Below are positions 8,704 to 16,880 of a DNA stretch of 28,456 nucleotides, piece by piece; the first letter of the stretch is position 1, and each line of letters begins with the position of its first letter. The notes under the pieces are model-generated. The model searched no databases and was not told where the DNA came from. It saw only the letters and a program-made list of their open reading frames with translations. This stretch comes from Chthonomonadales bacterium (lineage in GTDB: Bacteria; Armatimonadota; Chthonomonadetes; Chthonomonadales; Chthonomonadaceae): NCBI GenBank assembly GCA_038217285.1, contig JBBQPO010000045.1, positions 1-28,456 of the forward strand, in the 5' to 3' direction. The translations under genes were made by a program, and so were the position numbers.

Positions 8704-10782
8704 ATGAAAGCTTACGGAATCAGGGAGATACGCAATGTCGGGCTGTTCGGGCATCAAGGAGTCGGAAAGACATCGCTGGCGGAAGCCCTGCTCTATGTCT
8801 CCGGCGAGATTGACCGCCTGGGCTGCACCGATGATGGCACATCAACATGCGACTTCGATCCGGAGGAGCAGCGACGGCGCATCAGCATCAATGTCGCGCT
8901 CGCCCCCTGCGAATGGCACGGAGCGAAGATCAACATCGTCGATGTGCCGGGCTATCTGGATTTCCACGGCGAAGTGCAGAGCGCACTGAGCGTCGTCGAG
9001 GCTGCTATCCTGGTGATGCCCGCGCAGGGCGAACCCGAGGTTGGGTTCGAGAACGCCTGGGAACTCGCCGCTGCGCGAAACCTGCCGCGCGCCGTTTTCG
9101 TTAACAAGATGGATCGGGAGAACGCCGACTACGCGCAGGTCGTGCAGACCTTGCGTGCCCGCTATGGCAATATTGTCGCGCCGTTCCAACTGCCCATCGG
9201 CTCCGCCGAGAAGTTCGTCGGCGTCATCGACCTGCTGGAGATGAAGGCGTTCATAGGCGCGGGCAAAGATGTCGAATGTTCTGAGATTCCGCCGGAATGC
9301 CTGGACGAGGCGATGCGCTACCGCGAGTTGCTGGTCGAGTCCGCCGCCGAAGGCGACGACGAGCTGATCGAAAAGTTTTTGAATGGCGAGACGCTTTCGC
9401 ATGATGAGGTGATACGCGGCCTGCACGAGGGGATAGACGCCGGGAAGGTGGTCCCCGTTCTGTGCGGTAGCGCGGCGCGAGACATCGGGATGACCGATCT
9501 GCTCGACATCATCGTGCACGAGTTCCCGAACCCGGTCGAGATCGAGCATATCCACGGCAAGCACCCGCAGACAGGCGCTGCCGAGAAGCGCGAGGCCAAC
9601 GATGCCGCGCCGCTCGCCGTGCTGGTCTTCAAGACCATAGCCGATCCTTTCCTGGGTACGCTGAACTACTTCCGCGTCCTCTCCGGCGTGTTGAAGGGCG
9701 GCACGATGGTGCTGAACACGACGCGGGGGAAAGAGGAGCGCATCGGGCAGTTGTCTTATGCGCGGGGGAAGGGCCAGGAGCCGACGCCGGAAGTTCATGC
9801 GGGCGACATCGGCGTGACGGCGAAGCTGGCCGACACCCATACCGGGGATACGCTCTGCGATCCGACGAAACCGATTGTGCTGGACGCCATCGAGATCGGT
9901 GAGCCTATCTTCGAGCAGGCGGTCGTGGCGAAGACCAAGGTGGATGAGGATAAGATGGGACCGGCGCTGCAGCGCGTCGCCGCTTCCGACCCGGCCTTCC
10001 GGTTCCGGCGGGATCCCGAAACAGGGCAGACGATCCTCTGCGGGGCCGGAGAGACGCATCTCGCCATCGTCATCGAACGGCTGAAGAAGTTCGGGACGAA
10101 CCTCGAAGTCGTGGATCAGCGGATCCCGTTCCGCGAGACGGTGACGCAGAAGGCCGAAGCGCAGGGCCGTCACAAGAAGCAGACCGGCGGGCGCGGCCAG
10201 TTCGGCGACTGCTGGCTCCGTATCGAGCCGAACCGCGGCGCGGGCTTCGCTTTCGTCGATGGGGTCGTGGGTGGCTCGGTGCCGCGCCAGTACCTTCCGG
10301 CGATCGAGAAGGGGGTTCGGCAGGCGATGGCCTCGGGCGCTCTGGCGGGCCACCCGGTGGTCGATGTGCGTGTGACCTGCTACAACGGCTCGTATCACGA
10401 TGTGGACTCGTCCGAAGCTGCCTTCATCATGGCGGGCATCGCTGGCTTCCACGCCGCGACCGAGAAGGCCGCGCCGAGCCTGCTGGAGCCGATTCTGAAC
10501 ATCGAAGTTTTGATCCCCGAAGGGATGCTGGGAGACGTGATGAGCGATCTCACCGGCAAACGGGGACGCATCGTCGGCACGGAGAACGCCGGACCGGGGA
10601 AGACCCGACTCAAGGCGACCGTGCCGCAGGCCGAGATGCTGCGCTATGCGATAGACCTGCGTTCGATAACGCGGGGACGCGGCAGCTTCACGGCGATGGC
10701 TTCCCACTATGAGGAAGTCCCAGCGCACATCGCGCAGACTCTCATCGCGAACCACAAGAAGGAGCGCGAGGCGGAACACTAG
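8704..10782 (+). CDS. Elongation factor G paralogue (EF-G2/EFG II-like), 692 aa
   Basis: Full five-domain EF-G layout: IRNVGLFGHQGVGKTS, EQRRRISI, DVPGYLDF, NKMD, CGSA, domain IV KKQTGGRGQFG and GSYHDVDSSE, domain V LLEPI...DLRSITRGRG; ATG 8704 behind GAGGAG. Confidence 0.93.
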   Translation: MKAYGIREIRNVGLFGHQGVGKTSLAEALLYVSGEIDRLGCTDDGTSTCDFDPEEQRRRISINVALAPCEWHGAKINIVDVPGYLDFHGEVQSALSVVEAAILVMPAQGEPEVGFENAWELAAARNLPRAVFVNKMDRENADYAQVVQTLRARYGNIVAPFQLPIGSAEKFVGVIDLLEMKAFIGAGKDVECSEIPPECLDEAMRYRELLVESAAEGDDELIEKFLNGETLSHDEVIRGLHEGIDAGKVVPVLCGSAARDIGMTDLLDIIVHEFPNPVEIEHIHGKHPQTGAAEKREANDAAPLAVLVFKTIADPFLGTLNYFRVLSGVLKGGTMVLNTTRGKEERIGQLSYARGKGQEPTPEVHAGDIGVTAKLADTHTGDTLCDPTKPIVLDAIEIGEPIFEQAVVAKTKVDEDKMGPALQRVAASDPAFRFRRDPETGQTILCGAGETHLAIVIERLKKFGTNLEVVDQRIPFRETVTQKAEAQGRHKKQTGGRGQFGDCWLRIEPNRGAGFAFVDGVVGGSVPRQYLPAIEKGVRQAMASGALAGHPVVDVRVTCYNGSYHDVDSSEAAFIMAGIAGFHAATEKAAPSLLEPILNIEVLIPEGMLGDVMSDLTGKRGRIVGTENAGPGKTRLKATVPQAEMLRYAIDLRSITRGRGSFTAMASHYEEVPAHIAQTLIANHKKEREAEH

Positions 10783-10958
10783 GTTTCACAACGGCGCGGC
10801 CAAGGGGTTAGCACCCCTCGCTACTCGCCTTCGGCGGATCGTCCTTCGGACGAGGGGCAAGGTAGTAATTAGCGCCTTTGTGTCCGCGCAGGCGGACCTT
10901 TGGCCGAAGGCCCCTAGCGAAGGAATTTATTCCATCGCACCGAGGCGGAACACTAGGT
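10767..10958. mobile_element. Putative REP/MITE-like insertion bracketed by an 18-bp direct repeat
   Basis: CGAGGCGGAACACTAGGT at 10767-10784 and 10941-10958. The interior has GTAG/CTAG-footed palindromes (10801-10824 minus, 10914-10937 plus) and several short hairpins. Confidence 0.6.
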
Positions 10959-11057
10959 ATCCGCACATTCTTGGCACGATCGTCCGCCCGGACTTCGGTT
11001 CGGGCGGGGACGTGACAGGGGCAGAGGCCCCGATACACACTGGACGGAGGTTCTTTT

Positions 11058-11243
11058 TTGGCAAAGCAAGCATTGATCGAAAAGCAGAAACGCAAGCCCA
11101 AATTTGCGGTTCGCGCTTATACCCGCTGCAACGTCTGCGGACGTTCGCGGGGCGTCATCCGACGCTTCGGCCTGTGCCGAATCTGTTTCCGAGAGATGGC
11201 GCACAAGGGGCTGATCCCAGGCGTCACGAAGTCGAGCTGGTAG
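11058..11243 (+). CDS. rpsN: 30S ribosomal protein S14, Zn-binding type Z (uS14)
   Basis: 61 aa, [10 protein letters not shown]...[27 protein letters not shown] start behind GGAGG. Confidence 0.98.
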   Translation: MAKQALIEKQKRKPKFAVRAYTRCNVCGRSRGVIRRFGLCRICFREMAHKGLIPGVTKSSW

Positions 11244-11256
11244 GAGAACAAAGAAA

Positions 11257-11658
11257 ATGGCATACACGACCGATCCTATCGCCGACCTGTTGACCCGTAT
11301 CCGCAACGCCAACCGCGCGAACCATGACTCGCTGGAGATCTCGCACTCGAACATCAAGCTCGAAGTGACGAAGATCCTGTTGCGCGAAGGGTTCATCAAA
11401 GGTTTTGAGGTAGTCAAGCTGGAGCCGCAGGACAATATCAAGATCGCGCTCAAGTACGGCATCAAGCGCGAGAAGGTCATCACCGACCTCAAGCGCATCA
11501 GCAAGCCAGGCCTGCGCGTCTACTGCGACAAAGAGAAGATCCCCCGCGTTCTGCGCGGGCTGGGCATCGCTATCCTGTCCACCTCGCAGGGACTGATGAC
11601 CGACCGCGAAGCCCGCAAAAAGGGTGTCGGCGGCGAAATCCTGTGCTACGTCTGGTAA
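11257..11658 (+). CDS. rpsH: 30S ribosomal protein S8 (uS8)
   Basis: [47 protein letters not shown]. Confidence 0.99.
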   Translation: MAYTTDPIADLLTRIRNANRANHDSLEISHSNIKLEVTKILLREGFIKGFEVVKLEPQDNIKIALKYGIKREKVITDLKRISKPGLRVYCDKEKIPRVLRGLGIAILSTSQGLMTDREARKKGVGGEILCYVW

Positions 11659-11692
11659 CGGACGGACACGATCACGACGGGAGAGAGTATCC

Positions 11693-12268
11693 ATGTCACG
11701 TATTGGAAGAAGACCGATTACGGTTCCCGCCAATGTGACCGTTTCCCCCACGGAAGACGGCACCATGACGGTCAAGGGCCCTAAGGGGACGCTCGTGCGT
11801 CGCCTCAGCCCGGAACTGATCTATAAGCAGGAAGGCGGCACCTTTACGGTGGACCGTCCGACCGACAATAAAGAGCACCGGGCCATGCATGGCCTGACCC
11901 GCACCCTCGTCGCCAATATGGTCGAAGGCGTGACGACCGGATACACCAAGCAGTTGGAGATCATCGGCGTCGGCTTCCGTGCCTCGATGGTCGGCCAGAC
12001 GTTGCTGCTCAACGTCGGCTTCTCGCACTCCATCGAAGTCCTGCCCCGTGAAGGCATCGCCTTCTCGGTCGCCAACGACCCGCAGTCTCGTAATGCGGTC
12101 GTGACGATCACCGGCATCGACAAAGAGCGCGTCGGCCAGACCGCCGCCGAAATTCGCAAGCTCCGCAAACCCGAACCCTACAAGGGCAAAGGCATTCGCT
12201 ATAAAGGCGAGGCCGTGCGCCGCAAGCAGGGCAAGGCCAGCGGTAAGGGCGGTAAGGGTAAGAAGTAG
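11693..12268 (+). CDS. rplF: 50S ribosomal protein L6 (uL6)
   Basis: MSRIGRRPI, VKGPKGTL, HGLTRTLVANMVEGV, RKPEPYKGKGIRY; start reset to ATG 11693. Confidence 0.98.
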   Translation: MSRIGRRPITVPANVTVSPTEDGTMTVKGPKGTLVRRLSPELIYKQEGGTFTVDRPTDNKEHRAMHGLTRTLVANMVEGVTTGYTKQLEIIGVGFRASMVGQTLLLNVGFSHSIEVLPREGIAFSVANDPQSRNAVVTITGIDKERVGQTAAEIRKLRKPEPYKGKGIRYKGEAVRRKQGKASGKGGKGKK

Positions 12269-12277
12269 GTTCGTCTT

Positions 12278-12307
12278 TTCCACCCCACTCCCCGGAGTGG
12301 GGTGGAA
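12278..12307. other. Perfect inverted repeat (stem-loop) after rplF
   Basis: TTCCACCCCACTCC (12278-12291) is the exact reverse complement of GGAGTGGGGTGGAA (12294-12307); no U-tract follows on either strand. Confidence 0.8.
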
Positions 12308-12321
12308 GAACGGCCTCTAAC

Positions 12322-12332
12322 TGTGGTATAAT
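12322..12332 (+). promoter_or_regulatory. Putative internal extended -10 sigma70/sigmaA promoter upstream of rplR
   Basis: TGTG-G-TATAAT, a perfect TRTGn-TATAAT match in GC-rich DNA, about 85 nt upstream of the rplR start. Confidence 0.65.
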
Positions 12333-12416
12333 GAACCCTTGCGTACCGCGCATTTGCGTCGGTACGGCAAGAATAGCGTTGGGTCGGCAATCCAGCGCGA
12401 GAGGAAACTGAAAACT

Positions 12417-12782
12417 ATGCGAATTGAAGAGAAGGAAGAGCTTCGCAGAAAGCGACACCGCAGGCTCCGCTTCAAGGTGATCGGCACCACGGCGCGACCG
12501 CGCCTGAACGTATCGCGCAGCCTTCAACATATTTATGCGCAGCTCATCGACGATTCGACCGGACACACCCTGGCCACCGCTTCGACGGTAGACAAAGACC
12601 TGCGGACGGCCCTCAAGTCCGGTGGCAATGTCGATGCCGCCAAAGCGGTCGGCAAGATGATCGCCGAGCGCGCCCAGTCCATAGGGATCACCGCCGTCGT
12701 CTTCGACCGCGGTGGCTACAAATATCATGGTCGTATACAGGCTCTCGCTGACAGTGCGCGCGAGAACGGACTAAAGTTCTAA
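12417..12782 (+). CDS. rplR: 50S ribosomal protein L18 (uL18)
   Basis: RRKRHRRLR...[22 protein letters not shown]...[27 protein letters not shown]; start reset to ATG 12417. Confidence 0.98.
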   Translation: MRIEEKEELRRKRHRRLRFKVIGTTARPRLNVSRSLQHIYAQLIDDSTGHTLATASTVDKDLRTALKSGGNVDAAKAVGKMIAERAQSIGITAVVFDRGGYKYHGRIQALADSARENGLKF

Positions 12783-12792
12783 GGAGCAATCG

Positions 12793-13326
12793 TTGGCGAA
12801 GATAAATCCTGATACGCTGAACCTGGAAGAGCGGGTCATCAAGACCAATAAGTGCCAGAAGACCACCAAGGGCGGACGCACCATGAGCTGGAGCGCGCTG
12901 GTCGTGGTCGGAGACGGCAACGGTCATGTGGGTGTCGGCCTGGGCAAAGCCCGCGCCATCCCCGACGCTATTCGCAAGGGCGTGGAAGCGGCCAAAAAGG
13001 CCATCATTCTGGTTCCGATCATCGGCGGCACGCTGCCGCACGAACTGTTCGTGACCGAGGGCGCGGCGGAAGTCATGCTCAAACCGGCCTCCCCTGGAAC
13101 CGGACTGGTCGCAGGAAGCAGCATGCGCACCATCCTGGAGCTTGCGGGCGTCCACGACGTTCTGGGCAAGTCCCTGGGCTCCTCAAACTCCGTCAATATC
13201 GCCTGGGCCACCATCGCGGCCCTGAAGAAACTGAAGCGAGTAGAAGATGTCGCCCGTCTGCGCGGCACCACGGTGGAGGCTCTGGCCCCCTGGATGAGTA
13301 AACTGGAGGCGCAACATGGCGGTTAA
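12793..13326 (+). CDS. rpsE: 30S ribosomal protein S5 (uS5)
   Basis: KGGR...SALVVVGDGNGHVGVGLGKA, LKPASPGTG, LELAGVHDVLGKSLGS; TTG start behind AAGGAG. Confidence 0.97.
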   Translation: MAKINPDTLNLEERVIKTNKCQKTTKGGRTMSWSALVVVGDGNGHVGVGLGKARAIPDAIRKGVEAAKKAIILVPIIGGTLPHELFVTEGAAEVMLKPASPGTGLVAGSSMRTILELAGVHDVLGKSLGSSNSVNIAWATIAALKKLKRVEDVARLRGTTVEALAPWMSKLEAQHGG

Positions 13327-13513
13327 GTTGAAAATTACGCTGCGCAAAAGCCCCATCGGCTACGCGGCTTCGCACCGGGCCACGGCGCGCTCGCTGGGCT
13401 TTACGAAACTACAGCAGGTTCGCCTTCACGACGACAATAAGGTGATTCGCGGCATGGTACACAAGATCCGACATCTTGTTCATGTCGAGCAGATCATCGA
13501 AGATCAGGCCTGA
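13316..13513 (+). CDS. rpmD: 50S ribosomal protein L30 (uL30)
   Basis: LKITLRKSPIG...TARSLG...IRGMVHKIRHLV; GGAGG RBS. Confidence 0.96.
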   Translation: MAVKLKITLRKSPIGYAASHRATARSLGFTKLQQVRLHDDNKVIRGMVHKIRHLVHVEQIIEDQA

Positions 13514-13604
13514 ACCCCCGCTATCGACGCTGCCGCCTCTCCCGCAGAGGCGGCTCCTCGCGCAGAGTCGGCCTGGAAGGGCCGCGCGGGGTTTAGGAGA
13601 GAAA

Positions 13605-14066
13605 ATGTCTATCGGTATTCATAATATGCAGCCGGCCGCAGGCTCCACTCACCGCCGCAAGCGCGTTGGGCGTGGCGCCGGTTCCGGTCATGGTAAAACC
13701 AGTACACGCGGCCACAAGGGCAACAAGTCCCGCGGCCAGATCAACCCGAACTTCGAAGGCGGCCAGACCCCGTTGCACCGCCGTCTGCCGCAGATCCGTG
13801 GCTTCAAGCCCGTCAACAAGAAGTTCTACGCGTTGGTCAACCTCTACATTCTGGAAGAGAACTTCGAGGCAGGAGCGACCATCACCCCGGAGCTTCTGGT
13901 CGAGAAGGGCATTCTCCGTGACCTTCATGCCGGACTCAAAGTGCTGGGAACGGGCGAGGTGACCAAGAGCTTCACCGTTCACGCGCAGAAATTCAGCGAG
14001 ACGGCGACCGATAAGCTCAAAGCAGCGGGCGGCACGATCGAAGTGCTTGCGGCGCGTAAACGCTAA
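13605..14066 (+). CDS. rplO: 50S ribosomal protein L15 (uL15)
   Basis: RKRVGRGAGSGHGKTSTRGHKG, FEGGQTPLHRRLP, KVLGTGE; start reset to ATG 13605 behind AGGAG. Confidence 0.98.
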   Translation: MSIGIHNMQPAAGSTHRRKRVGRGAGSGHGKTSTRGHKGNKSRGQINPNFEGGQTPLHRRLPQIRGFKPVNKKFYALVNLYILEENFEAGATITPELLVEKGILRDLHAGLKVLGTGEVTKSFTVHAQKFSETATDKLKAAGGTIEVLAARKR

Positions 14067-14076
14067 AGGGAATCCA

Positions 14077-15378
14077 ATGATAGAGGCGATTATTCGAGCC
14101 TGGTCCATCCCCGAACTGCGCAGACGCATCAGTTTCGTCCTCGGGATGATGGGGGTCTTCGCGGTGGGAGCGCATATACCGGTTCCCGGAATCGATCACT
14201 CCGTTATCCAGAACATGCTGAAGAACGGTGGCGGGGGTATTCTGCAACTGATCGATGCTTTTGGAGGCGGCGCGCTGCGGCGTATGTCCATCTTCGCGAT
14301 GGGCATCGGGCCGTACATCAACGCCTCCATCATTATGCAGATGATGACCATCGCTCTGCCACAACTCGATGCGCTCTCGAAAGAGGGCGAATCGGGCCGA
14401 AAGCAGATCGGCAAATATACGCGTAATCTGACGGTGTTGCTGGCCTTCGTGCAGGCCGTCGGGATCACGCTCATGTTCGGCCAGAACGGAGCGCATCTCG
14501 GCATCTTCCAGAGGCTTGAGATCTGGATCGTCCTGACGGCGGGATCGTCGTTCCTGCTCTGGATCGGGGAACAGGTCACCCAGAAAGGCGTTGGCAACGG
14601 CATCTCGCTCGTCATCTTCGCCGGTATCCAGCTCAGCCTGCCCACGCAGGGCGCCCGCCTCATCGCACAGTTTCGTGCTGGCACTCCCTGGTTTAACCTG
14701 ATCATCCTGATCGCCGCCTTCGTCGCGACCGTCTGGTTCATCATCATGATCACGCAGGGGACGCGCCGCATTCCTATACAGCATACCAAGCGCGTTATCG
14801 GCAGAAGCCAGACCCAAGGCGGCTCCTCCTACTTCCCCATCAAGGTGAACTCGGCAGGCGTCATCCCGATCATCTTCGCGATCTCGCTGATGTTGTTTCC
14901 AGCGACTATCGTGAACGCCATTCCGGTTCAGACCGGCTTTATGGCGCGGGTCAAAGAGTTCCTGATGCAGATGAATCCTGGCGCGAACATCCCTTCGACG
15001 ATCTTCTACGCCTTGCTGGTCATCGTCTTCACCTACTTCTACACAGCCATCGTGATGAATGTCCAGGAGATCGCCGACAACTTGAAAAAGTACGGCAACT
15101 ATATCCCCGGTATTCGTCCCGGCAAGCCGACGTTCGAGTATCTGGAGCGGGTGATTTCGCGGATAACGCTGGCAGGAGCCTTCTTCCTGGCGCTGATCGC
15201 CGTAGCGCAGTATATCGTTCCGAACATTACGCGCTTCCAGTCGGTGACGCTCATCGGAGGCACCTCGCTGCTGATCATCGTAGGCGTCGCCATCGAAACC
15301 ATGCAGGCGATCGAAGCCCAACTGCTGATGCGGAACTACGAAGGGTTTATCAAGAGCGGACAGGGAACCGCGATGTGA
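14077..15378 (+). CDS. secY: Preprotein translocase subunit SecY
   Basis: SIFAMGIGPYINASII, WIGEQVTQKGVGNGISL, AGVIPIIFA, IPGIRPGKPT, GGTSLLIIVGV; multiple hydrophobic segments. Confidence 0.98.
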   Translation: MIEAIIRAWSIPELRRRISFVLGMMGVFAVGAHIPVPGIDHSVIQNMLKNGGGGILQLIDAFGGGALRRMSIFAMGIGPYINASIIMQMMTIALPQLDALSKEGESGRKQIGKYTRNLTVLLAFVQAVGITLMFGQNGAHLGIFQRLEIWIVLTAGSSFLLWIGEQVTQKGVGNGISLVIFAGIQLSLPTQGARLIAQFRAGTPWFNLIILIAAFVATVWFIIMITQGTRRIPIQHTKRVIGRSQTQGGSSYFPIKVNSAGVIPIIFAISLMLFPATIVNAIPVQTGFMARVKEFLMQMNPGANIPSTIFYALLVIVFTYFYTAIVMNVQEIADNLKKYGNYIPGIRPGKPTFEYLERVISRITLAGAFFLALIAVAQYIVPNITRFQSVTLIGGTSLLIIVGVAIETMQAIEAQLLMRNYEGFIKSGQGTAM

Positions 15379-15421
15379 GCCCGGCAAGCCGCACGTCGTC
15401 TCGGTGCGAGGAAGCGCAGCC

Positions 15422-16105
15422 ATGATTCTGGTCTTGCTGGGGCCGCCGGGAGTCGGCAAGGGAACGCAGGCGGGTCGGATCGCCCTTCACTATGAGGTGC
15501 CGACCATCTCGACCGGAGCGATGTTCCGCGACGCAGTGACCCGCGGCACGGAACTGGGACGCATCATTCAGCGATACCGCATCGAGAAGGGTGAGTATGT
15601 GCCGGATGACGTCGTCATCAGCGCCGTAAAACTGCGCACGAGGGAGCTGGACTGCACAGAGGGGTTTCTGCTGGACGGCTTTCCGCGCACCATTCCGCAG
15701 GCCGATGCCCTGGAGGCGCTCCTGAAGGAGCAAGGCCGAACGGTGACCGGGGCGCTCGAACTCAAAGCGCCCATTTCGGACATCGTCGGGCGGTTCAGCG
15801 GACGTCTGGTCTGCCCGGTGGACGGTTCGAGTTATCATCTCGTGACGCAGCCGCCGCTGCAAGCGGGCCTGTGCGACATCTGCCATACGCAGTTGGTGCG
15901 CCGTGCCGACGACGATCCTGAGGTGGTGAAGCGCCGGCTGGAGGTCTATATAGAGAAGACCACGCCGCTTATGGAGTACTATCGGCAGCGCGGGATGCTC
16001 ACCACCGTCGATGCGATGGACGACCCCGAAACTGTGTTTGGGCGTATTCTGGAAGCGATCGGGCGCATGAAAGCGACCTCGGCCCCGCAGGCCGGAAGCC
16101 TTTGA
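15422..16105 (+). CDS. adk: Adenylate kinase (long lid, CxxD...CxxC)
   Basis: GPPGVGKGTQA P-loop, ISTG, GFLLDGFPRT, RADD; follows secY. Confidence 0.96.
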   Translation: MILVLLGPPGVGKGTQAGRIALHYEVPTISTGAMFRDAVTRGTELGRIIQRYRIEKGEYVPDDVVISAVKLRTRELDCTEGFLLDGFPRTIPQADALEALLKEQGRTVTGALELKAPISDIVGRFSGRLVCPVDGSSYHLVTQPPLQAGLCDICHTQLVRRADDDPEVVKRRLEVYIEKTTPLMEYYRQRGMLTTVDAMDDPETVFGRILEAIGRMKATSAPQAGSL

Positions 16106-16115
16106 AGAGACGATT

Positions 16116-16880
16116 ATGATTTACCTGAAAAAGCCGGAGGAGATCGAGAAAATACGTGCGGCTGGGCGTGTCGTCCACCTGGTACTGAAAGCCGCCGAGG
16201 CGGCGGTCGCTCCGGGCATCACGACCGGAGATTTGGAAGACATCGCGATACGTATCATCTCGGAGAGCGGCGGCACCTCGCCTTTTCTCGGGTATGCGCC
16301 CATCGGCCACCCGCCCTTTCCGGCCTGGACCTGTATTTCGGTAAACGAAGAGGTCGTTCACGGTATTCCCGGGCGGCGCGTTCTGAAAGAGGGTGATATC
16401 GTCACCGTCGACTGCGGCGTCGTGCTGGACGGCTGGATCGGTGACAGCGCCTGGACCTTTCCGGTAGGCAAGGTGTCGCCGTCGGTCGAGCGCCTGCTGA
16501 AAGTGACCGAAGAGGCGCTCTATAAGGGCATCGCGCAGGCGAAGCCCGGCAACCGGACCGGCGATATCGGCTATGCCGTACAGAAGTTTGTCGAAGCGCA
16601 CGGGTACTCGATCGTGCGCGAGCTCTCAGGACACGGGGTCGGCAGGTCACTGCACGAAGATCCCCAGGTGTTCAACTACGGACAGCGCGGCAAGGGTGAT
16701 CTGCTGCAGTGCGGCATGACCTTTGCCATCGAACCTATGGTCAACGCCGGTCGTAAGGAGACGAAGAGCCTTAGCGACCGCTGGACTATCGTGACGACGG
16801 ACCGAAAATATTCGGCCCACTTCGAACATACGGTTGCCCTCCTGCCGGATGGCGCCACTATTTTGACGAACGGAGACTGA
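16116..16880 (+). CDS. map: Type I methionine aminopeptidase
   Basis: CISVNEEVVHGIP, VDCG...GDSA, GHGVGRSLHEDP, AIEPMVNAG, SAHFEHT. Confidence 0.98.
   Translation: MIYLKKPEEIEKIRAAGRVVHLVLKAAEAAVAPGITTGDLEDIAIRIISESGGTSPFLGYAPIGHPPFPAWTCISVNEEVVHGIPGRRVLKEGDIVTVDCGVVLDGWIGDSAWTFPVGKVSPSVERLLKVTEEALYKGIAQAKPGNRTGDIGYAVQKFVEAHGYSIVRELSGHGVGRSLHEDPQVFNYGQRGKGDLLQCGMTFAIEPMVNAGRKETKSLSDRWTIVTTDRKYSAHFEHTVALLPDGATILTNGD

Noticed and set aside
8842-10779. 645-aa minus-strand ORF opposite the EF-G paralogue
   Set aside because: Antisense shadow of a GC-biased coding frame; no recognisable motifs or RBS.
10767-10958. CRISPR mini-array reading of the 18-bp direct repeat
   Set aside because: Only two copies, too short, a 156-bp spacer, and no cas genes.
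10709-11293. 194-aa plus-strand ORF across the EF-G2/rpsN spacer
   Set aside because: It runs through the palindromic element and overlaps three real genes out of frame.
12278-12307. Intrinsic terminator after rplF
   Set aside because: Strong stem but no U-tract on either strand; kept only as a stem-loop.
14017-15459. 480-aa minus-strand ORF opposite secY, and the many similar antisense or alternate-frame ORFs across the operon
   Set aside because: They overlap unambiguous housekeeping genes, as expected from stop-codon scarcity in high-GC DNA.
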